64,000 bases of DNA, from contig JAUMUF010000001.1 of the NCBI GenBank assembly GCA_030530825.1, positions 322,757 to 386,756 of the forward strand, read 5' to 3'. Each line of letters starts with the position of its first letter. Within the stretch, counting starts at the first letter, position 1. Shown piece after piece: positions 57,237-64,000 of the stretch. A program made the position numbers and the translations under genes. The notes under the pieces were generated by a model. That model worked only from the letters and a program-made list of their open reading frames with translations. It was not told the origin of the DNA and ran no database searches. The DNA comes from a bacterium (lineage in GTDB: Bacteria; Patescibacteriota; Saccharimonadia; Saccharimonadales; Saccharimonadaceae).

Positions 57237-58636
57237 TATTTTTCCTCCAAACTATCAGCCAAAGCCAAAATTGAAGCATCTGATTTCATTTTACCAATAA
57301 TCTGGACACCAACTGGCAAGCCGTCAGAAGTTTTGCCCGCCGGCACACTCACCGCAGGCAAGCCCGCCATCGACGCTGGCACACTCATAATATCCGCCAG
57401 ATACATTTTGAGCGGATCGTGCGCGTTTTCGCCAATTTTGAAGGCAGGCGTTGGCGCGACCGGACTAATCAAAAAGTCATAATTTTCAAAAAGTTTGTTA
57501 AATTCTTGAATGAGGAGAGTGCGCGCTTTTTGCGCTTTAAGATAATATGCGTCATAAAATCCGCTCGAAAGAACATAACTCCCTATCATAATTCGGCGTT
57601 TGTTTTCTGCTTCAAAGCCCTCATCACGAGAAAGACCATAAACTTCGTCCAAAGATTTGGCGGTTTTTGAGCGAAGTCCATAACGCACGCCATCATATCG
57701 CGCCAAGTTAGAAGAAACTTCCGCCGGAATAACGATGTAATAAATTGCCAATGCATATTTGCTCATCGGCAAACTTACTTCTTCAACCGTATGACCAGCG
57801 CTTCGAAGCCTTTCGATGTAATCTTCTGTCAATTTTCGAACTTCCTCATCGACACCTTCGCCCATAAATTCTTTAACGACACCAATTTTGGCATTCTTTG
57901 GCGCTTGAGCAGTCTGCCAAAAATCCGGCAAAGTCATCATATCTTTCTGGTCAAGACCACTCATAATTTCCATCACAAGATCAGCCTCTTTAGCGGTCTT
58001 AGTAAATACACCAATCGTATCGGTTGAAGATGCCATCGCCACCACGCCAAATCGTGATACCGTACCATAAGTCGGCTTAACACCATAAACACCGTTGAAA
58101 CTTGCCGGCTGCCGAATCGACCCACCAGTGTCCGTACCAAGCGTAAAAGGCACAATATCAAGCGCCGCCGCAACAGCAGAACCACCAGATGAGCCGCCCG
58201 CAACGCGAGTTTGGTCGAGCGCATTTTTAGTCACACCAAAAGCAGAGTTTTCTGTTGAGCCACCGTGAGCAAAAGCGTCCAAATTAGCCTTACCGATACA
58301 AATAGCACCTTCCGCCTCCAATTTCTCCATCGCCGTGGCTTGAATTGGCGTTTCGAAGTCGCCCAACATTTTGCTCGAGGCAGTCGAAGGCGCGCCAAAT
58401 GCCAAGAAGTTATCTTTAGCGATAAACGGAACGCCCGCAAGTCGTCCAATTGTTTCGCCAGCGGAAATTTTAGCGTCAATTTCATCCGCCCTTTTAAGCG
58501 CGCGCTCTTCTGTTAAACTCGTGAGTGCGTTAAAGTCAGCCAAAGTTTTAGCCTTTTCGAGTGCCTTTTCAACTTCTTTTCGAGCGGAAGTTTTACCACT
58601 CAAAATCATCTCTCTAATTTCAAAAATATTCGTCAT
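57236..58636 (-). CDS. gatA: glutamyl-tRNA(Gln) amidotransferase subunit A
   Basis: Amidase signature GGSSGGSAVAAA. Start at the MTNIFEI ATG (58636) with a GGAGAA SD. Confidence 0.9.
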   Translation of the reverse strand: MTNIFEIREMILSGKTSARKEVEKALEKAKTLADFNALTSLTEERALKRADEIDAKISAGETIGRLAGVPFIAKDNFLAFGAPSTASSKMLGDFETPIQATAMEKLEAEGAICIGKANLDAFAHGGSTENSAFGVTKNALDQTRVAGGSSGGSAVAAALDIVPFTLGTDTGGSIRQPASFNGVYGVKPTYGTVSRFGVVAMASSTDTIGVFTKTAKEADLVMEIMSGLDQKDMMTLPDFWQTAQAPKNAKIGVVKEFMGEGVDEEVRKLTEDYIERLRSAGHTVEEVSLPMSKYALAIYYIVIPAEVSSNLARYDGVRYGLRSKTAKSLDEVYGLSRDEGFEAENKRRIMIGSYVLSSGFYDAYYLKAQKARTLLIQEFNKLFENYDFLISPVAPTPAFKIGENAHDPLKMYLADIMSVPASMAGLPAVSVPAGKTSDGLPVGVQIIGKMKSDASILALADSLEEK

Positions 58637-58643
58637 AATTCTC

Positions 58644-58934
58644 CTACAACACCTTTGGAACTTTAATTTGATCGCTCGCAACATTCTCGCCAGAGAGCGC
58701 CAAAAGTTCTTGCTTTTCAACGCCGTAATTGTCGATTTCGTCATTGCGCCAAATGTTTTGATTTTCCGAGACTTGATAAGTTGGCTCAACATTCTCGGTG
58801 TCGAGTTTGTCAAGTTGCTTGATGTAATTTACGATATTTTCAAGATCGCCGCGGAGATTGGAAATTTCTTCTTCGCTCAAAGAAATATTCGAAAGCCGCG
58901 CCAAATGCTTAACTTCTTCTGTGGTGATATTCAT
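58644..58934 (-). CDS. gatC: glutamyl-tRNA(Gln) amidotransferase subunit C
   Basis: 96 aa, GatC-like (MNITTEEVKHLARLSNISLSEEE). TGGTATAAT lies 7 nt before the ATG, so the transcript is leaderless. Confidence 0.8.
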   Translation of the reverse strand: MNITTEEVKHLARLSNISLSEEEISNLRGDLENIVNYIKQLDKLDTENVEPTYQVSENQNIWRNDEIDNYGVEKQELLALSGENVASDQIKVPKVL

Positions 58935-59004
58935 ATCTTAAATTATACCAAAATTCGGAAGAAAAATAAAGAAAAACGACCAGTTTTATCTGATCGCTTC
59001 TCTT

Positions 59005-59089
59005 TGGTACACGAGAAAGGACTTGAACCTTCACGCCAATTGGCACTAGTTCCTAAGACTAGCGTGTCTACCAATTCCACCACTCGTGC
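59005..59089 (-). tRNA. tRNA-Leu (anticodon UAG), CCA encoded
   Basis: The minus-strand sequence GCACGAG...GGTAGA...CUUAGGA...GGTTCAAGTCC...CTCGTGTACCA folds as a cloverleaf with a long variable arm and the A73 discriminator. Its own promoter is TTGACT-17-TAAACT at about 59101-59129. Confidence 0.8.
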
Positions 59090-59100
59090 TTAACTTCTCT

Positions 59101-59129
59101 AGTTTATCAAATTTTTTAAAAGAAGTCAA
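59101..59129 (-). promoter_or_regulatory. promoter of tRNA-Leu (TTGACT-17 nt-TAAACT)
   Basis: Read from the sequence. Confidence 0.45.
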
Positions 59130-59143
59130 GATTTTTATGAATT

Positions 59144-59710
59144 CTATTTCAAAGATAAATCACCCTTGATCGAATACTGACTAATTCGCCCAACCTCTTC
59201 AAGGACGCGATTTTTCGAAATTTCACCATTCCACCAATCTTCTGGTCGAATATTTCGCTCGTCAATAGTCGGAAGAAAATAGTAGTTGATATTTTCTGGC
59301 AAGAAATTTTTAGCAGTCATCAAAGATCGGCGCGTATGAAAATTCAGGCACACAATCATAACATTTTGTAAATTCGAAAAATCTTTATTTTCGGCAAAAA
59401 TTTTGGCGACATTTTCAAAATTCTCTTTTGTATTTGTCGAATTAGGTTCTAAAATCATCGCTTCACGCGGAACCCCAAGTTCCAGACCACGCTCAAAAAA
59501 CCTCAAAGCTTCTGGCTTTTTATCTGAATTTTTGCTATGCCCAGACAGGATTATCTTTTTAATCTTGTCAGATTTCCAGACTTCGAAAACATCGACCATT
59601 GTTTCGACATGATCATTTCCAAGAACAATCATCGCATCGATATTGGGCAGATCTTCTCGCTTAGTTTCTGGGATGAAAATAAAATTCGTGATAGATTCAA
59701 TCGTGTTCAT
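59144..59710 (-). CDS. DUF218 (YdcF/ElyC-like) protein
   Basis: ILSGHSKNS...EAL...LGVP...ILEPNSTNTKENF pattern. Confidence 0.55.
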   Translation of the reverse strand: MNTIESITNFIFIPETKREDLPNIDAMIVLGNDHVETMVDVFEVWKSDKIKKIILSGHSKNSDKKPEALRFFERGLELGVPREAMILEPNSTNTKENFENVAKIFAENKDFSNLQNVMIVCLNFHTRRSLMTAKNFLPENINYYFLPTIDERNIRPEDWWNGEISKNRVLEEVGRISQYSIKGDLSLK

Positions 59711-59737
59711 ATGTAAAATTTTACATCTTTTCGAGGC

Positions 59738-61717
59738 TTATTTCAACATCTTCTTTCGAATTTCAGCAATCTGATCGCGAAGATCTGCCGCCAATTCAAA
59801 TTCAAGGCTTGCCGAAGCCGCATTCATCTGCGAGGTCAAATCCACCACTAAATTCTGCCACTCATCGCGCGGAATACGCTTAAGATCGAGTTTCCGCTTC
59901 TTGTCTTTAGCCGGCAGAATCGCTCGCAATCCCTCTTTGATTTCACTGGCGACACTTCGAGGCGTGATGCCATTTTCTTGATTATATTTTTGCTGAATCT
60001 CGCGACGCCGAGAAGTTTCGTCCAAAGCCGCCCGCATTGAACGCGTGATTTTGTCGGCATACATCAAAACTTTTCCCTCCTCGTGGCGCGCCGCACGACC
60101 GATTGTCTGGATTAGCGCACTTTCACTTCGCAAAAATCCTTCTTTATCCGCATCAATAATCGCCACCAAAGACACTTCAGGCAAATCCAAGCCCTCTCGA
60201 AGAAGATTGATGCCGACCAACACATCGTAAGTTCCATTTCGAAGGTCGCGCAAAATATCACCCCGCTCCAAAGTATCAATTTCACTATGAATATATGCCG
60301 TTTTAACGCCGTTTTCTTCCAAAAATCCGCTCAAATCCTCAGCCATCCTTTTGGTCAAAGTAGTCACCAAAACACGCTGGTTTTTAGCCACTCTTTGACG
60401 AATTTCCTCCATCAAATCATCAATCTGACCCTCAATCGGTCGCACCTCAATCACAGGATCGAGCAGTCCAGTTGGGCGAATTACCTGCTGAGCGGGCGCC
60501 GGCGAATGTTCAATTTCGAAATCGCCCGGCGTCGCCGAAACATAAATCGCTTGATTTATATGACCATAAAATTCATCAAAAGTCAAAGGTCGGTTATCAA
60601 GCGCTGACGGCAGACGAAAACCGTTATCAACCAGCACAGTTTTCCGCGAGCGATCACCTCTAAACATCCCACGAACCTGCGGTAAGGTCATGTGACTCTC
60701 ATCAACAAGAAGTAAAAAATCATCCGGAAAATAATCCAGAAGCGTCGCCGGCTGCTCGCCCACATTGCGCTCAGTCAGATAGCGCGTGTAATTTTCAATA
60801 CCTTTAACAAAACCAGTCTCACGGAGCATTTCAAGGTCATATTTGGTGCGCTGAGCAAGACGCTGGGCTTCGAGAAATTTCTCATTTTTTTCGAAATACT
60901 CGTGGCGCGCGTAAAACTCTTCTTCAATCTGCGGAATAGCACGCTCAATAATTTCTCGCGGTGTTGCGTAGTGAGAATTAGGAAAAATATCAAAATGCGC
61001 CGGCTTTTCTAAAATTTCGCCAGTCAAAGGATTGATCAAAACAAGCCGATCGATCACATCGCCAAAAAACTCAATCCGCACAGCCAAGTCAGAACTCGCC
61101 GTCATCACATCAACCGTGTCACCTCGCACACGAAAAGTCCCGCGCGCAAAATCCACATCATTTCGATCATATTGAATATCTTTAAGATGTCTAAGCAACT
61201 TTTCTTGCTTATAACGATCGCCAACTTTAAGATGAAGCGCCATTTCCTGATAACTCGCAGGGCTACCGATGCCATAAATACAACTCACGCTCGAAACAAT
61301 AATCGTGTCGCGCCGAGTCAGGAGCGCCTCGGTGGCGGCGTGACGGAGACGCTCGATTTCTTCATTTATGCGCGAGTCCTTTTCGATATAAGTATCTGTG
61401 CTGGCGATATATGCTTCAGGCTGATAATAATCAAAATACGAGACAAAGTAGTGAACCTCATTTTCAGGGAAGAACTCCTTAAATTCAGAATAAAGTTGCG
61501 CCGCGAGCGTTTTGTTGTGAGCGAGAATCAGCGTCGGTTTTTGGGTTTTTTCGATGATATTCGCCATCGTAAAAGTCTTACCAGAGCCAGTCACGCCAAG
61601 GAGAGTCTGCTCTCGTTCGCCCCTCTCAAGACCAGCAACAAGTTGAGCGATCGCTGTAGGCTGATCACCGGTTGGCCTATATTTTGACCTTAACTTAAAC
61701 TTCCGCTTGGCTATCAT
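59738..61717 (-). CDS. uvrB: excinuclease ABC subunit B
   Basis: [10 protein letters not shown] Walker A, beta-hairpin region and the C-terminal UvrB domain. Confidence 0.96.
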   Translation of the reverse strand: MIAKRKFKLRSKYRPTGDQPTAIAQLVAGLERGEREQTLLGVTGSGKTFTMANIIEKTQKPTLILAHNKTLAAQLYSEFKEFFPENEVHYFVSYFDYYQPEAYIASTDTYIEKDSRINEEIERLRHAATEALLTRRDTIIVSSVSCIYGIGSPASYQEMALHLKVGDRYKQEKLLRHLKDIQYDRNDVDFARGTFRVRGDTVDVMTASSDLAVRIEFFGDVIDRLVLINPLTGEILEKPAHFDIFPNSHYATPREIIERAIPQIEEEFYARHEYFEKNEKFLEAQRLAQRTKYDLEMLRETGFVKGIENYTRYLTERNVGEQPATLLDYFPDDFLLLVDESHMTLPQVRGMFRGDRSRKTVLVDNGFRLPSALDNRPLTFDEFYGHINQAIYVSATPGDFEIEHSPAPAQQVIRPTGLLDPVIEVRPIEGQIDDLMEEIRQRVAKNQRVLVTTLTKRMAEDLSGFLEENGVKTAYIHSEIDTLERGDILRDLRNGTYDVLVGINLLREGLDLPEVSLVAIIDADKEGFLRSESALIQTIGRAARHEEGKVLMYADKITRSMRAALDETSRRREIQQKYNQENGITPRSVASEIKEGLRAILPAKDKKRKLDLKRIPRDEWQNLVVDLTSQMNAASASLEFELAADLRDQIAEIRKKMLK

Positions 61718-61723
61718 TATTTT

Positions 61724-61752
61724 ATTTTACAATATTTTGCGTAAAAAATCAA
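61724..61752 (-). promoter_or_regulatory. uvrB promoter (TTGATT-17 nt-TAAAAT) 6 nt upstream of the ATG, implying a leaderless transcript
   Basis: Read from the sequence. Confidence 0.45.
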
Positions 61753-61784
61753 AACCGCGTTTAAAATATATAACAATAAAATTA

Positions 61785-62525
61785 TTAACGCGGGCGGGAT
61801 TTGGCGATTTGGCGAGCCATATCTGTAATTTGTTGAAGTTTTTCGAAGTCGTCTCGAAATTCCGGCAGAACTTCAAGCAAGCTCTCACCCTTATTTTTAC
61901 ACGCTTCTCGCAAGAAAAATTCGGTAATCGCAGGATTTTTGGGCAAAATTGATCCGTGAAGATATGTTCCGATCACATTTTTATAACGCGCGCCCTCGGT
62001 ATGGTTCTCGGGATTGTTGCCATCTCCGCTCGAAACTCGAGCAAGAACTTCAGTGTTTTTCGAAATGAAAGTCTGTCCGCTGTGGTTTTCATAGCCGATA
62101 ATTTCGCCAAACTCGGCAGAATCTTCAACAATATTACCAATCATTCTAGTTTCACCAGCAACGGTTTTCACACCTTGAAAAAGGCAAATTCCGCTGATTT
62201 TTTCGCCCATAGAAGTCTCAAAATACTCGCCAAAAAGTTGATAAAGCCCACAAATCATCAACATCGGAACACCCTTCTTCGCCAAATCTCGCAAGATTGG
62301 CGCAATCTTAAGAAGGTCGTCCTGAATTTTGCCCTGCCCGCTATCCTGACCGCCACCGCCAATCACAATATCCGCATCCAGTGGAAATTCATCACCCTCG
62401 TTATACTGGACAATCTCAGGCTTAATTCCGCGCATTTCAGCCTGTTTTTTTAGCGCCAAGATATTGCCATAATCACCGTAAATGTTCATATTCTTGGCAT
62501 AGAGCCACACAATTTTTAACTTCAT
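61785..62525 (-). CDS. gatD: lipid II isoglutaminyl synthase, glutaminase subunit (CobB/CobQ-like GATase)
   Basis: 246 aa with the MICGLYQ catalytic-Cys region. Overlaps murT by 4 nt. Confidence 0.7.
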   Translation of the reverse strand: MKLKIVWLYAKNMNIYGDYGNILALKKQAEMRGIKPEIVQYNEGDEFPLDADIVIGGGGQDSGQGKIQDDLLKIAPILRDLAKKGVPMLMICGLYQLFGEYFETSMGEKISGICLFQGVKTVAGETRMIGNIVEDSAEFGEIIGYENHSGQTFISKNTEVLARVSSGDGNNPENHTEGARYKNVIGTYLHGSILPKNPAITEFFLREACKNKGESLLEVLPEFRDDFEKLQQITDMARQIAKSRPR

Positions 62526-63808
62526 AAAATTTTCTCCACCTCTGTTAATTTAGAAATTTCTTTGCGAATCTCAAGCATTGCCGTATAGGTGGCAAAAATC
62601 TTTTTCTTATCGCCATCTTGACTCAAAAACTCTTCTACCGCTGAGCGGATATCCGTATTTATATCAGTATTTTCGAATGGAATTTCATCATGAAACAATC
62701 TCAGCGCCATATCATAAGCGCGAATTCCTGAGATTTTAGCAACAGAGCCGTCAAGCATTTTGGAAAATTCGACATCCCACAGCCAACTCATATCTCGCCC
62801 ATCAGCATAGTTGTCGTTAATCGCAATCATAATTTGCGCATTTGTCAAATCGGCACTTTTCAGATTGGAGCGAAAGCCAGCAGGATTTTTTACCAACATA
62901 ATTTCAACTTCTTTTTCGCCAATCTTAATAATCTCGCCACGACCAAACGCAGGCTTAATCTCTGAAATAGTCTCTTCAAGATCCTCCTCAAGAATTTTTA
63001 TTTTTTCCGATTTCAGAATTTCTCTCACCAGACCATAGGCAGCGGTCAGATTGAGAATATTGTGGATTCCACTAATCTGTAAATTGAAGTTCTTGCGAGT
63101 TTCTTGGTGAATTATTTGCGCTGATGTTTTGGAAAAATCTTCAAGCAAATAGTCGATATCCTGCGGATGTTTTGAACGCAAGTCTGAAGAATTATCGCCA
63201 TGAATCTCTTCATCATTCGGGAAGAATTCCGCCAACTTCTCGCTGGCGCCAAACTTCACAACCTTTACAAAGCCCTTCGAAAAATCTTTTCGAGAAAGAA
63301 GATTGTCGCCGCCGTTCAAGAAAACTAAATTGCGAGTATTTTCACCAATCTTTTGAAGAAGGCCGGCCGTGAAATCGATCTCGCCAAAGCGGTCAAGTTG
63401 GTCGCGCATCACATTGAGCAGGAGTGAATATCGCGGGTGGATTTGCTCCACAAAGTGAACTGCGTGCGCCTCGTCCAGTTCAAGAACGGCGATGTCCGCA
63501 GGCAAAATCCCGCGCAAGTTAACACTTTCTAATGCGGCGGCGGCCACACCGCGGACAAAATTGGAACCAGTCTTATTGGTAAAAACTCGCAAATTCTGGC
63601 TTTCGAGAAGTTCAACTACCATCTTGGTGGTGGTAGTTTTTCCATTAGTTCCAGAAATCACAACCACGCCGTATGGCAGACTTTCAAGAGTCCGAGCAAG
63701 AAATTTAGGGTTGAATCTCTCCATAAAAAGCCCCGGCAGGGCAGATCCACCTCCACGAAGTCGGGCGATTTTTTGAATGATTTTTCCTAAAAATATTGAT
63801 AATTTCAT
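62522..63808 (-). CDS. murT: lipid II isoglutaminyl synthase, Mur ligase-like subunit
   Basis: VISGTNGKTTTTKMV Mur-ligase P-loop and ~430 aa. An AAGGAAA SD lies upstream. Confidence 0.75.
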   Translation of the reverse strand: MKLSIFLGKIIQKIARLRGGGSALPGLFMERFNPKFLARTLESLPYGVVVISGTNGKTTTTKMVVELLESQNLRVFTNKTGSNFVRGVAAAALESVNLRGILPADIAVLELDEAHAVHFVEQIHPRYSLLLNVMRDQLDRFGEIDFTAGLLQKIGENTRNLVFLNGGDNLLSRKDFSKGFVKVVKFGASEKLAEFFPNDEEIHGDNSSDLRSKHPQDIDYLLEDFSKTSAQIIHQETRKNFNLQISGIHNILNLTAAYGLVREILKSEKIKILEEDLEETISEIKPAFGRGEIIKIGEKEVEIMLVKNPAGFRSNLKSADLTNAQIMIAINDNYADGRDMSWLWDVEFSKMLDGSVAKISGIRAYDMALRLFHDEIPFENTDINTDIRSAVEEFLSQDGDKKKIFATYTAMLEIRKEISKLTEVEKIL

Positions 63809-63820
63809 AATTTTATTTCC

Positions 63821-64000
63821 TTATTTCTTTTGCTTAGTGATATTGGCGGATTTTCCATAAAAAATTTCTACTATTTTATGATCTTCGCCGTTTTTCAATT
63901 TACCAATTGCTAGTTCTCGCCAATCCTGGCGTAAATTTTCTTCACCAATTTTTGAAAAGTCAGAATTGGAGACCCCAACGATTGGGATTTTCAATGCGTC
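63821..64000 (-). CDS. 3' end of a gene truncated by the window edge (...VEIFYGKSANITKQKK*)
   Basis: The open frame continues to the window end. The stop lies 13 nt before the murT start. Confidence 0.25.
   Translation of the reverse strand, partial: DALKIPIVGVSNSDFSKIGEENLRQDWRELAIGKLKNGEDHKIVEIFYGKSANITKQKK

Noticed and set aside
58371-59093. 240-aa plus-strand ORF spanning gatC and the tRNA-Leu locus
   Set aside because: It overlaps gatC on the opposite strand and runs through the tRNA gene. It is a shadow ORF.
59005-59710. tRNA-Leu as an integration hotspot for a genomic island
   Set aside because: No integrase, recombinase, direct repeat of the tRNA 3' end or atypical gene content is adjacent. 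The neighbours are uvrB and a DUF218 gene.
1-64000. CRISPR arrays, transposases, IS elements, rRNA genes
   Set aside because: No regularly spaced direct repeats, no transposase or integrase-like ORFs and no rRNA-like conserved stretches were found on either strand.

Overview
Low-GC, gene-dense bacterial chromosome segment, mostly minus-strand, with compact housekeeping operons. The gene content and operon layout resemble a small-genome Gram-positive-like lineage, possibly Saccharibacteria/CPR-like, but I cannot confirm that without a database. Recognisable core genes are rpsJ, tuf, fusA, rpoB-rpoC, rpsG-rpsL, tig, nusA, rnj, recG, recO, uvrB, cysS, tyrS, gatCAB, pepN, a class A PBP, murT/gatD, ogt, gpmA and one tRNA-Leu(UAG). 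I found no transposase, integrase or CRISPR array. The usual rpoBC/str/S10 cluster is broken up here. rpsL-rpsG, rpoB-rpoC, fusA, tuf and rpsJ each sit behind their own sigma70-like promoter and terminator, separated by about 20 kb of interposed genes. The main oddities are listed here. (1) One ORF fuses a complete Fe/Mn superoxide dismutase to a complete RNase HI and lies in an operon with two paralogous membrane proteins. (2) A small transmembrane ORF sits inside gatC-gatA-X-gatB with TAATG overlaps on both sides. (3) A three-gene operon of unknown function (DUF1653-containing plus two helical or acidic proteins) follows tig. (4) Many transcription units are leaderless, with an extended -10 element TGnTA(A/T)AAT 5-9 nt before the ATG, while neighbouring genes use strong AGGAGG SD sites. 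(5) TTTCGAAA-type palindromes recur in promoter regions, two of them in the rpoB leader. (6) A small Cys protein, a cysteine desulfurase and a membrane DsbA-like protein form one cluster. (7) A soluble histidine kinase and a receiver-only response regulator head an operon containing recO, a polytopic membrane protein and cysS. All calls come from reading the sequence and ORF translations, with no database searches.
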